The notes under the pieces are model-generated. The model did not search any database, had not been told where the DNA came from, and saw only the letters and a list, made by a program, of their open reading frames with translations. The translations under genes and the position numbers were made by a program. DNA of 64,000 nt from Octopus sinensis (lineage: Eukaryota): the NCBI RefSeq assembly GCF_006345805.1, contig NC_043020.1, forward strand, positions 19,220,001-19,284,000, given 5' to 3'. Shown here in pieces: positions 38,701 through 52,342 of this stretch; the first letter of the stretch is position 1, and each line of letters opens with the position of its first letter.

Positions 38701-38835
38701 GGGAATAAACAGATTTACGAATATGTTCTGTCTATGCACGTACATATATACATACTTATATACACACACGTTTTTTTTTCTTTTTCTTGCTTTTACTTGT
38801 TTCAGACTGCGGTCATGCTGGGGCATTGCTTTAAA

Positions 38836-39010
38836 GGTGTATCGATCGCATTCTCACCTAGAATCGATTTTCTAATTTTTTCAAGACTTATACACGCCCT
38901 GTTGCCGTCGGTATCTACAGATCAAATTTGAGCGCAATCGGATGGAGGATGCCCGAGATCCTAGAAGACACACATACACACACGCAGAACGGATTTTATA
39001 TATAATATAT
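38836..39010 (-). mobile_element. Short Helitron/DINE-like element 5' part; second copy at about 63756-63990
   Basis: Both copies share ttttcaagacttata..gagcgcaatc.gatgg.ggatgcccgagatcctagaagacacac. The element strand starts TA-rich, then tataaaatc and a short (TGTC)n or (TG)n tract, like the start of the Helitron at 5049. Confidence 0.55.
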
Positions 39011-39701
39011 ATATGTATACACACAGACATATATATGTGTATATGTGTGTTTGCGTGTGTGTGTGTGGCCTGGTACTTTGTCGGTTACGACAAGACGTTT
39101 TCCTGTTGATTCGATCAACGGAACAGCCAGCTGGTGGAATTGACGCGCAAGTGGCTGAGCACTCCACAGACACACCTTCTCATGACTTAGTAGTTCTCAG
39201 GGAGATTCCGCGTGACACCCAGAATGTGGCAACGCCGGCCCCTTTTGTATTACAAGTACAATTCATTTTTACCGGCTGAATTGACTGGAGAAACGTGAAA
39301 TAAAGCGTCTTGCTTAAAAGACTCAACGCGCCGCCAGGAACCGAACTCACGACCTTACAATCCTGAACCGGATGCCCCTAACCACTAAGCCACGCGCACC
39401 GTATAAGGCGTGTATTTGTGTCATCAGCCCGACTGACATTACTTTTCGCTTTCGGTAACCTTAATTGTGTTTTGTAATTAACTTTTTCTCCCCCAGTTTG
39501 ATTCCTAATGATGTCACGCTGAGACTCTATCTATTGATCTATCAGTTTTTTCCAATATAGGTCAGAGAAATATATTCATTTCGAATGTGTTCTTTCGCCT
39601 GCCCTACTTTCTGTTGTCTCTCCCTTCCTCTCTCTCTCTCTCTCCTCTCTGTCTCCCTTCCTCTCTCTTTCTCTTCAGTCCCCCTCGCTTTCACACTTTA
39701 C

Positions 39702-39735
<34 letters not shown>

Positions 39736-39833
39736 CTCTCTCTCTCTCTCTCCTCTCTCTCTCCCTTCCTCTCTCTCTCTCTTTCTCTTCAGTCCCCCTC
39801 GCTTTCACACTTTACTTCACACACACACACACA

Positions 39834-39885
<52 letters not shown>

Positions 39886-40781
39886 CTATCATTCGCCCTT
39901 ACCTCGTACATTCAAGCACACACGCACACATGCATACATATACACACATACATATATATATACACATTCACATGTACTTACACACATACATACATACATA
40001 CAAACATACACACACACACACACACACACACACGCAAAGCACATTTACAAGTAGCAGCACAGGTACACACACACACACACAGACACACACACACACACAC
40101 ACACATTATATAGATAAAAGCACAGCTGCGTATAAGACGTTCATGACTGTCCACACATATATACATGTAGCTATGCACACACATACATACATATTTGCGT
40201 GCGTTTGTGCATGTATGTGTTTTTTTATACTTATACATACATACACAAACATATACATTCATGCATACATACATAAATACATACATACATATATGCATAG
40301 GCTGTGTGGTAAGTAGCTTGCTTACGAACCACATGGTTCCGGGTTCAGTCCCACTGCGTGGCACCTTGGGCAAGTGTCTTCTACTATAGCCTCGGGCCGA
40401 CCAAAGCCTTGTGAGTGGATTTGGTAGACGGAAACTGAAAGAAGCCCGTCGTATATATGTTTATATATATGTGTGTGTATGTATGTATGTATGTATGTAT
40501 GTATGTATGTATGTATGTATGTATGTATGTTTGTGTATATGTTTGTGTGTCTGTCTTTGCCCCCCCCCCAACATCGCTTGACAACCGATGCTGGTGTGTT
40601 TACGTCCCCGTAAATTAGCCGTTCGGCTAAAGAGAGCGATAGAATAAGTACTAGACTTACCAAAGAATAATCCCTGAGGTCGATTTGCTCGACTAAAGGC
40701 AGTACTCCAGCATGGCCACAGTCAAATGACTGAAACAAGTAAAAGAGTAAAAAGAGTATACATACAAACATACAGACAGAC

Positions 40782-40826
<45 letters not shown>

Positions 40827-40857
40827 TATATATATATATTATATATATATATATATA

Positions 40858-40917
<60 letters not shown>

Positions 40918-40934
40918 TGTATGTCTGCACACAT

Positions 40935-40971
<37 letters not shown>

Positions 40972-41527
40972 CAGATATTCACATTTATTAACGTATGCTG
41001 CTGCTGTTGTTACTGCTGCTGTGATCTCATGATTTTCATTTTCTCACCTGCAGCTTAATGAAACTCTCTCTCCTACAGGGCGGAGAAAGTCTACCTTGGT
41101 GGGCAGAGCAGGCGGGGCAGGCAGAGCATGCCGGGCGGTTTAACACCAATATCTCTGGGTATCTTTGGTGTAGTTTACTCTGTTGCAAGCATTTGGATCA
41201 AGCCTCCGACAAGAGGATCTCCGTAACTTTTCCCTCAATGCTTCACCTCTTTCGTTTCTGTCAATGCATGGAAAAAAAAAAGAAAGACAGAATTTGGTAT
41301 ACAATTATCATTTCCGGGGATTCTCCGAAACGAGATGGAAGCGTGAAATAGTTATTCAAATTTCTGACTACATCGTAGCTGTGTGGTAAGAAGCTTGCTT
41401 CTCAACCACATAGTTCCGGGTTCCGCCCCACTGCGTGGCACCTTGGGCAAGTGTCTTCTTCTATAGCCTCGGACCAAACAAAGCATTGCGAGTGGATTTG
41501 GTAGACGGAAACTGAAAGAAGCTTGTC

Positions 41528-41578
<51 letters not shown>

Positions 41579-41852
41579 GTGTGTGTTAGTCCCCACCAGC
41601 ATCTTCGCTTGACAGCAGATGTCTTTACGTCCCCGTATCTTAGCAGTTCAGCAAAAGTAACCGATAGAATAAGTACTAGGCTTACAAAGAATAAGTCCTG
41701 GGGTCGATTTGTTCGATTAAAGGCGCTGCTCCAGCATGGCCGTAGTCAAATGACTGAAACTGTTAAAAGAATAGTTTACTCTTCCGTTAAGAACAACAAA
41801 AATAAGTATGCCATCCAGTACGAAATAAATGCCATTTAATATATACAGTATA

Positions 41853-42066
41853 TATTGACGACGGCGAGCTGGCCGAAACGTTAGCACGCCGGGCGAAATG
41901 CGTGGCCGTATTTCGTCTGTCGTTACGTTCCGAGTTCAAATTCCGTCGAGGTCGACTTTGCCTTACAATAAATTAAGTACCAGTTACGCACTGGGGTCGA
42001 TATAATCGACTTAATCCCTTTGTTTGTCCCCTCTGTGTTTAGCCCCTTGTGGGTGGTAAAGAAATA
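41853..42066 (+). mobile_element. Family R SINE monomer with 15 bp TSD
   Basis: aatatatacagtata duplicated at 41838-41852 and 42067-42081. Other family R copies on minus at about 31770-31950, 35190-35350, 44520-44695, 56105-56320 and 58120-58300. Confidence 0.88.
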
Positions 42067-42090
42067 AATATATACAGTATAAAGATACGA

Positions 42091-42381
42091 ACTACTATAG
42101 TTTCTGGCTTTTGAGGCACGTGGTTAGGCAGATTTTTATAACATGCCTTCTGTCTGCAAGCAATCTGCGGGCTCTGAGCACATGGTTTGTTTTATTTAAA
42201 AATCAGGACGCTGGTACATGAGAAGCCACGAAAAAAAAAAGGGTGATTTCTCATGTACCAAATTCTTGATTTTAAAATGAGCAAACCATGTGCTTAGAAC
42301 CCGGAGATTACTTGTAGACACAAGGCATGTTATAATAACCTGCCTAACCACATGTCTTAATGGCAAGAAACTATTGTTAGC
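42091..42381. mobile_element. Foldback/MITE-like imperfect inverted repeat
   Basis: Arms about 42091-42224 and 42248-42381, visibly reverse-complementary with scattered mismatches, 23 nt loop. Confidence 0.85.
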
Positions 42382-42409
42382 TTATGAGTGTGTATATGAG
42401 TATATGTGA

Positions 42410-42444
<35 letters not shown>

Positions 42445-43331
42445 AAAGTGAGATAGGGGTTATGAGTGTAACCCACTATGAGATATCAGTTATCCAATAT
42501 ACTGCTGGTGAAGCACACAAATGCCAAAAACATAAATGCTTATAATTGCAATGCAATTAATTCATTTATTGTATTTATATTTATTGTATTTATATGGATT
42601 TTGATGTTCCTATTTATATAGTTAATAAATAATATGAAATGGTAATATCTGTAAGTTGATGATTGAAATGAATTTCTTCCTCCATTTTCTTATTTGTATT
42701 AAATATATATATATATATATATACGTGACATGTATATACACATACGACACACACACATGTGTATATATATGTTCTTGGATTATCTTTTCTTTCTCTCAGG
42801 ACCTTTCCTCTTTCTGACGAAGAGCCATGCTCGAAACGTATCACACCCCTTCTTTTTTTTTTCCATCTCAAACTGAGCGTCAACCTAATACATTTATTGT
42901 GTACGTCCTTTTGACCTTAATGCTTTTGTTCTTAATTTCCATTTGCCTCTCTCTCTCTCTTCATATATATATATGCAATGGATTTTTTGTAAGCAGTGTC
43001 AATTTTTACATATTTACTATAGTTAATATTTTATAAGCTTAAAGCTTATAAGCGATCACCGATTAATGGCTAAAGAAAATAGTCTGATATTGAGTAATAT
43101 AAGCCCTCGACGAAAAAAAAAGTAGGGTTTTCGTATACATAGGACACGAACCCAGAACTCTTTATGCTTGCGACAAGTGTGCTACCATTACACCAACGTA
43201 ACCGCGGCTTCTTCCTCGCAGATTTTAAGAACTATAATTAGTTCATAGTGTTGTTTTTGTAAACAAACACACGCACGTATATAAATATATATACATATAC
43301 ACACACACACACACACACAACACACACACAC

Positions 43332-43377
<46 letters not shown>

Positions 43378-44446
43378 TATATATATATAATCCCACATGA
43401 TTTCAACCGCGTTAATTATTTGTCTGTTTTGTGCATGCGCATGTTTGTGTATGAGAAAAGGAAGAAAGCAAAAGAGAGTGATTTTGTGTACTTTTGCGAT
43501 TGTTGTCGTAGCTGTTTTTGTTGTGCAGCTCATCGTGTTAACGCTGTCTTTTCAATGGCAGCTGTAATCTATCGCTAGACTTGATCAAATGCACACTTTC
43601 CTTCTTTAGTAAGAAGGCAGGGTGAGATTTGCTGAAAAATTTGGCTGCTATTGTTAGCAGTCTCGCGATCGCGTAGATGTACCCTTATCAGTTTGCTATA
43701 TGCGTGTGTATGTGCGTGCGAGCGTGTGGTTAATTGTTGTTCATTTGAGATTGTATATGTATATGTGCGTCTGTGTACGCATGCACTCCTTTGTGCATCT
43801 GTATTTTCTATATGTACACTGACCTGCACTCCAACCACATGAGAAAGACAGACCAACAGACAGACAGACAGAAGAAAATGGAGGAATAACAGACAGCGTA
43901 AAGCAAGGTGTGAGAGAGTAAGAGAGAAATCATTGGAATACAAGTGTAATTTAAAGTGAATAAAAAGTGATACATGAAAAATGAATACAAAAAAATAGAT
44001 ACAGACCATGCTTGTGTAAATTGAAAGTGAATAAATTTTGAAAAATAGATTTAAAAGGTGACAGCCAACTCGAAATAGCTCTACCACAATGGCTTCTTCT
44101 CAAGCAGAGAATGCTGAAAATAGCCAACCGGAAGCAGCTATGTATTATGTCGTAGCAAAATGGCGGCATGACAATATAATACTGTGGCTATTAAATGCGT
44201 TTAATATTTTATCTGTTGTTTATATATTTTTATTTTTATTTACGTTTTATTTGTTTCTTTGGATTTTCTTCGTCCATATTTGTTTTTTTTTTGTTTTTTT
44301 TTTGCTTTTGCTTTTGCTATTTTAAAATATATTTATCGATTTATATATTTATATATTTGCGAAACCCCATTTCAAATCATAACGATGATGAGGAGGAGGA
44401 AGAGGAGGAGGAGAACGACGACGACGACGATAATAGCAGCAGCAGC

Positions 44447-44479
<33 letters not shown>

Positions 44480-44727
44480 AATGGTTTCATATTTTTGCGC
44501 AAGGCCAGTAATTCCAGGGACTGAATAAGTCGATTACATCGATCCCAATTTTCAACTGCTACTTATTTTATTGACCTCGAAAGGATGAAAAGCGAAGCCG
44601 ACCTCGGTGGAATTTGAACTCAGAACGTAAAGACGGACGAAATGCCGCTAAGTATTTTGCCCGACGTGCTAACAATTCTGCTAGTTTGCCGACTTAATAA
44701 TAATAATAATAGTAATAACAATAACAA

Positions 44728-44758
<31 letters not shown>

Positions 44759-44843
44759 AAGAAGAACAACAACAACAACAACAACAACAACAATAACAAC
44801 AACAATAATAATGATAATAATAATAATAATAATGATGATGATG

Positions 44844-44883
<40 letters not shown>

Positions 44884-44929
44884 TGATGATGATGATGATG
44901 ATGATGATAAATACGTGTAATAATCATAA

Positions 44930-46265
44930 AAACGTCCCTTACTCATGGACTTTGAACATTTTAGACATCTTGAGAATTTTCCCAGTAATATCAAACTTCC
45001 TGTCATACATGCCTGTATGGAATACAAACCCAACAACTGCCACAAACTGATGAAACCATAAATTCCAGTAGCAAAAGCATTGATTATAGTATTTTTCAAG
45101 GTGATTCGTTTTCTCCCCTTTTATTTTGCATTGCTCTGAGTTCTGTAGCTTACAAAAATAAATATGGCTGCAAATTAGACGGCAAAAACCATAAATCATC
45201 TGCTTTTTATGGATGGCTTGAAACTGCATGATGAAAATGACAGCGAGTTGGAAGGGTTGTTGAAGACAGTTGAGATGTAGGGATGGAGTTTGGACTGAAA
45301 AAATGCACGAAAAAGGCATTTAATAAATGCAAAATGACAAGTATAAATTTAATGGAAACAGATGTGGGTAATCAAGGAACGGGAACAAACCTGCTAGAAT
45401 TTATGAGTCAATGAAAGCGAAGATATTCGTTACGTGAGCATACCATCTGATCGTAACATCACTTGGAATGAGTTCTGAAAGCTCAGTAAAGATAAAGATC
45501 TGATAATTTTGTTGTGTCCAGAGAGAGTCATTATGCTAATATAATTAACACACACATTGATTCAATTCCACTCATTTATTAAATATCTGACTGTTTTGTT
45601 TTTGTTTGTCAAAGCTTTTTCCTTGCTTCTGCAACCTTCTCAGTGACTATTGATTTAGTCTGTTATAGAGGCCGCGTTTGTTTCTTTATTTGAGAATTTG
45701 CCGCGTACGTATGTGTGATAATTGAAATTGAGAAAACGTACCATCATAAGACATGTACAATACCGGTGATAGCCAGTGCACTTGGAATGATAAAAAAGAG
45801 GAACAAAAGAGTTTTTGGACCAGATACATGGAAAGCCATCACTGTAAGAGATACAGGATGTAGTGTTGACTGGAATTGTTACAAGTCGTGAAGATAAAAA
45901 TTACATGTTTTTTTAGGATGTCTGAATAAAGCTGGCCATACTATTGAAGCAAGGAGACCAAATATGATTGTAGAGGACAAAAATGTAAGCTCATAGACTC
46001 TGCGATACCATATGTTAATACACCGGACACCAGAGAAATTGAGGAAATTTGGAAATGTCAGGAGTATGCTAAAGAAATGTAGAAATCGTAGAAAACAAAG
46101 GCACCAATTATTCCTGTAATAATTGGAGCAGAGCACAAAACCCGAACTGCTACTCGAGAGACTGAAGGATATTAGGATTGAGACACGCATTAGCGATCTA
46201 CAGAAAAGTGTCATCATGGATTCTGCAAGAATTCTATGAAAGAGTTTTGAAAATTGAAGAGACTT
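44930..46265 (+). mobile_element. Several R4/Dong-like fragments (RT piece and two 3' ends)
   Basis: IFQGDSFSPLLFCIAL and INHLLFMDGLKL (44930-45400); TIPVIASALGMIK (45720-45890); LQKSVIMDSARIL (to about 46260). Confidence 0.75.
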
Positions 46266-46289
46266 GTTACCAAACCTCAAGTCAACATT

Positions 46290-46447
46290 TGACGTACAAT
46301 AACAACAACAACAACATCAACAACATCACCAATACGAACAAGACGAAGAAGAGAGAAGGAGAAGAAGAAGAAGAAGAAGAAGAAGAAGAAGAAGAAGAAG
46401 AAGAAGAAGAAGAAGAAGAAGAAGAAGAAGAAGAAGAAGAAGAAGAG
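46290..46447 (+). repeat. (AAC)n then (GAA)n triplet tract
   Basis: Direct reading. Confidence 0.95.
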
Positions 46448-46814
46448 AACCACTACGGTCAGACAAAAGTACTGGGGACGATGCAGTACTCCAGGAAGTA
46501 GCAGACTGGGGTTACATAAAAGTTGTAAAAGGGTAAAATAACAGAAACAAAGATAAAAGTAAAAAAAAAATCTTCAGACAAGAAATAATTGCCTCAAAGC
46601 AGGGAGAGCTACAAGGGCTGCCCCTGGTAATCCCACAAAACCACGGTCACCCTCACTGCTAACGCAAGTTCCATCTCTTAGTTGTTCTTCTCCAGTCTAG
46701 GGCCTCCACTCTCCCTTAATTGGCCTCCTCACTTTCTCATCCACCTTTCAACAGTTTTGTTGGAAGGTCACGCTTCATAGAACTTCACTCTCCGCCCTCA
46801 CTTTCCTTTCGAAG

Positions 46815-47290
46815 TGATGACGACGATGAAGATGACGACGACGATGACGACGATGATGATGATGATGATGATGATGGTAATAACGACGGTGATGATGAAG
46901 ATGACGACGATGATGATGATGATGATGATGATGGTAATAACGACGGTGATGATGAAGATGACGACGATGATGATGACGATGATGACGATGAAGATAATAA
47001 TAACGACGATGATGTTGACGACAACGACGACGACGACGATGACAACGACGACGATGATGACGACGACGACGATGATGATGATGACGACGATGATAATGAA
47101 GATGATGACGACGACGGTGATGATGAAGATGATGATGATGATTTGTCCGATATCTACAAATCTATGACTTACCGTTTGCATAGGAAATGGTATCATGTCA
47201 AATTCTCCCATTCATCCCTCACACACCACCACCAATACCGCCACCACCACCGCCACCACCACCGCCACCACCACCGCCACCACCACTGAG
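46815..47290 (+). repeat. (GAT/GAC)n tract with short higher-order duplication, then (CAC/CGC)n
   Basis: The block ggtaataacgacggtgatgatgaagatgacgac occurs twice. Confidence 0.92.
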
Positions 47291-47959
47291 CTATCTCTTC
47301 TCTGAACATAATACTTACCATCATTGTCCTGAATTTTCAAACATCTGCATCATTTTATTTTATCATGTCAGCCAAGCTGAATGTCACTCTCCTTCCTTTG
47401 AAGATAGCAATACTATCTTGAATCAGAATTTGAAAAAAAAAAAAAATGGAAAAAAAAATGGGAAAAAAATGGAAAAAAGGGAGAAAATATCACAAAGTAG
47501 CCGAACATTCAATGATTGCGAAGAAGAGAATAACTAAGTTGTACTTAGATCAATATAGATCACGTGGAGATAAGCGACACGCTAATTGGATATTTTATCC
47601 GGGTTAGATTACAGTCAAGCAAGCGTGCGACAGATGGCGATTTGAATTGAGTCTACATAAATGTCACGTATATTATTACTTACGTAGGAGGACCTATATG
47701 ATCACGAGACCTGCTAGAAATGACAGCCAAACACCCACTTAACTGGAAAACGTGAGCTACTCGTTGGATAATATATTAATAGTCAGAGATAAACTGTAGC
47801 CGCCAGAAAGGAAAGGTAGTCACGACAAGAATGTCTTTGATCGTAGGTCTTCTTAGTGCTGTTCCAGCTGACCTGGGGTTATAAACCAACGAGCATCTTG
47901 TGTTTCACATCTAAGCAAAACAAAAGCAAAATAGCATAAGTTTTTTACAACTTACAAAG

Positions 47960-48002
<43 letters not shown>

Positions 48003-48209
48003 TCTTTACTCTTTTTATTCTTTTACTTGTTTCAGTCATTTGACTACGGCCAAGCAGGAGCACCGCCTTTAGTCGAGCAAATCGACCCAGGACTTATTCT
48101 TTGTAAGCCTAGGACTTATTCTATCGGATCCTTTTGCCGAACCGCTAAGTTATGGGGACGTAAACACACCAGCATCGATTGTCAAGCGATGTTGGGGGGA
48201 CAAACACAG

Positions 48210-48282
<73 letters not shown>

Positions 48283-48479
48283 CATATATACGATGGGATT
48301 CTTTCAGTTTCCGTCTACCAAATCCCCTCACAAGGCTTTGGTCGGCCCGAGTCTATAGTAAAAGACACTTGCCAAAGGTGCCCCGCAATAAGACTGAGCC
48401 TGGAACCATGTGGTTGGTAAGCAAGCTACTTACCACACAGTCACTCCTGCGCCTGGCTAATATGTCTTTTGTATTCAAC

Positions 48480-51400
48480 ATTTTTTCCTTTTACCAGTAA
48501 TATCATTCGTCCAATTTGTTCATTAGTTACTCCGACCTGCCAGCTTTCTTTAACATATTTATAGGTTTTTTAAGAGAAAAAACTTTGTCACCTAAATTGA
48601 AGAATTTTGAAGTATTTTTGTTGTTCGCCATTTTTAATATTTTCACTCGATATCAGCTTAACAAAAACGGATCTGACCTTTCTAGCAAACATCAATTCTG
48701 CGGGTGACAATTCCCGACGGTACTTTTTTCAGATTAGGTGTTACTCGGTACACTCTTAGAAATTGTTGAATTGCAAAATCGTCCATCACTCCATTGTTCG
48801 CCTTTCTCAACGCCCTCTTGAAAGTGTCAACAAAACGCTCCGCTTGTCCATTTTACTTAGGATGATACGGCGGAGTGGTGACATGTTCGATGACGAACAT
48901 TTAACAAAGTTTCCTGAACTCGACTGACGTAAATTGAGTTCCCTTATCTGATACAATGGTATCTAGAATACTATAACCGGCGAACTATTGGTGTAAAAAA
49001 TATTATTGTAACCGCAGATGTCTGCTTTTTACATTTATATACTTCCGGATACATTGAAAAACTATCCACCACCACAAGGTAATATGAACCCTTAAGTGGA
49101 CCTGCGTAATCAATATGCACTCTGGCCCATGTAACATCTGTTTCTGACTACGGTTGCCCTTTAGTGGCAGTTGATTTTGAAGCTAAGGTATACTCTCGGC
49201 ATGATTTCACAGATTCTTCCATGTCACAGACCATTGTTGGCCAATATACGTAACTTCTCATTAATGATTACAATCTTGAAACCCCTGGGTGACCAATATG
49301 AAATTCCTTTACTAGTTGCTTTTGTAATGTAGCTGGACTAGGACCCTTTCTGATATATCAACACATTGTCACACATTGAGAAATGGTTCGCATTTGTGCT
49401 GAACATATTTTTATCTCTTTAAGCCTTATAATGAATTTATCGTTTCGCGTTTTTAGTTTTATGTCTTGCAAAGTAACAGGCAGATCACGAATGACGTTAC
49501 ACAAAACAGTTTTAATTTCATTTTTCGCTCGGCAAACGGCAATCATGGTATTTTGATAGCCAATCCGCATGACCTAGTTTCTTGGATGGTATATACCCCA
49601 TCTTTATATCATAGTTTAATAATATTGTACCCCAGGGTTGCAATTTATTAGCAGTATGGGTAGGAATTCATTTTTCGACCCAAATATCCATAATAACGGA
49701 TGGTGATCAGTCTATAGCCGAAAACTTCTTTTCGATTTGACAATAATTTTTTTCTGCTGATATCAGAGAACGTGAGGCATGAACCACCGCCTTCATGTTA
49801 CCATCTTTATATTTACGTAGCATTAGTGCTCCTATACCGTATAGCCGTACTCAGAAGCGTCTGAAGCCACAACAATCTCCACAGTAGGATCGAAGTGTGC
49901 TAACGGCAAATCAGAGATTTATATTATATTTTTTGTTATTTCATCAAATGTCTTTTAGCAATTTTCCGACCAATTCCATTTCTTATTTCTTTTCAGCAGA
50001 TTATTCAGTGGAACCATTACCTTATGCATATTTGGAATATAATGTTGGTAATAATTTACCAGTCTTAAAAATGCTTGTAAGGTCGTTATATTAATTGGAG
50101 AGGGCATATTTTAATTGTGTCTGCCCTCAATGGGCCTAGTCAACGTCCATTTCTGTCAATGACTTATCCTAAACACCTTATTTTCTTCACTCAAAGTAAA
50201 GCCTTAATCCCTAATTTCTTCGAATACATATTTTACGAGCTCTACGTTTTGATTCCTGGTTTCTCTTTTAGTGAGTATCTCATCCAGATATGGAATTGCG
50301 AATTCACAGTCCGCTAACATTGCATCAATAATCTGTTGAAAAATCGCTGGTGCAAATTTTAAGCCAAAGGGTAACCTGTTGTTTTTATACAATCCTTTAT
50401 GCGCGTTAATTGTTGTTAAGTATTTAGAGCATTCACCGTCTACTCTAATTTGTAGGTAGGCGTCAGAGAGATCCAATTTAGAAAATATCTTGCCACCGTT
50501 TAATTTCGCAAAAATATCCTCCGGAGTAGGTAGCGGATAGTGGCAGGTTTTAAGGCATTCGTTTAAGCCAGTGGTAAAAAAAAATCAGCACACAAGGATT
50601 TTATTATTTTTTTCTTAATGTACACAGTTGGTCCTGATTATTGACTTTATTCCAATTTTTGGATGACTAAAATTTTTTTCAAGTCTCTCTAATTCCAAGT
50701 TTATCTGTACTAACGCCGCGAACGGTACCGTTCGTTTCGGTTTAAATGTCGGTATGGCGTTTTCTTGTATTTGAAACCGTACCTTCGTTTTGATATACAG
50801 ACCTAATATATCGGACAGAACTTCAGGAAAAATATTTTTTAATTCTTTTTTTCAATTCGTCTGACGACTTATTTATACTGGAGGAAAAACGATTTACAGT
50901 TTTACGAAAAAGATTTATAGGGAGGTCCCATAAATTAAACAATGCCATCCAGTCAATACCGAACAAATTTGTTGTACTATTTAACACAAAAACTTTAGCC
51001 TTTAAGTTTTTTTCACGAAATGTAATGTTACTTATCAATCTGCTCTTGGAATATAATTTTTTTCCCTGAAACACCCCGGGTAATTTTCGAGGCTTCATTT
51101 AATTTAGGTCTCCCAATTTTTTTCCATGTATTTGTGTTAATTATTGAGATGTTGCTGCCTGTCTCCAATTGTAACTTTACATTTGTGCTATTAATTTTTA
51201 CATACACAAATTTTCTTTGAGGCTCGATCGTATTTTTCCTCACCGATAATCCGTTTACGTGATTTTTTCTGTTTAACCGTTCTTTAGGTTCCGTCCTTCA
51301 GTGCGACTTTTTATGGCCTGTTTTACAACACTTGAAGCAGTTTTTATATATAAAAAAATTTTAAATGTAGACCACTACACCCATAACAGGATTCAGTCTT

Positions 51401-52026
51401 GATATTTTTTCTCTTGTTTCTTATTTGTTACCGGTCGACATGTCTGTATCTGAGAGCAATCTTTCTCTTCAATCTTATTTGCGTCATGTCGTAGGTTAAT
51501 AATCCTTTTCATTCTTCTACTACTGCCTGTACAGTTAAATTTTGGTCCCGTTCTAATTTTGTTAATATCCGGGAACATATCTGTGCATCTTTGCTAATAT
51601 CCGCATCTTTGTTTGCAGTAAGCCCTGGAACAAAAATAAGAGACTCGAACATCTCCAGGATCAACTCATTCAATCTTAATTCCTCACACTCTCTGTTAAC
51701 CACTCCGGCGTAGGTGATGAAATCTTCATCAACTTTCTTGACCAAATTTAAACACTACCAGCGAGTATTGAACAGGGAAGTTCTTTCACTGAAATTTTCG
51801 ATAAAAATATTGTTTCATCGAAACAAATCTTACCTGGAGGTGGGGAGAAAGTATATACACGACGCACTACTATTTCTATTATGCGAGCCTCATCGCTTTA
51901 TATCAACGGCTCACAGGGAACTGCTAACCAACACGAAGTGCCAATCGTTCACAATTATTTGTTTTATTACAATGAGTCAGTCCAACTTTTAGTCACTTGA
52001 GAGGTAGTCGGAATTCTTCTACAACA
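48480..52026 (-). mobile_element. Decayed Ty3/Gypsy LTR retrotransposon, 3'-truncated
   Basis: Order gag (FITYAGVVNRECE), protease (LQLETGSNISII), RT (PLPTPEDIFAKLNGGKIFSKLDLSDAYLQI, RLPFGLKFAPAIFQ), RNase H (VASDAS), integrase (HIDYAGP, VSDKGTQF, NGQAERFV). Probable 5' LTR starting TG at 52026; no 3' LTR seen. Confidence 0.9.
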
Positions 52027-52172
52027 TCCAAGTTCTACGTTTCACTAGTGTGTGTGTGTGTGTATGTGTGTGTACACTTAAGTTCGTGAATTCAAGAAAA
52101 ACACTTTTGCCAGACTCTACAAGAAAATCACGATTCCGCCCTATATTCTCTCTCCTTTTAATCCCCTCCTTC

Positions 52173-52254
<82 letters not shown>

Positions 52255-52311
52255 CTTTCTTTCTTTCTATCTGTCTATATACCTATCTATCTTTCTTTCT
52301 ATCTATCAGTC

Positions 52312-52342
<31 letters not shown>

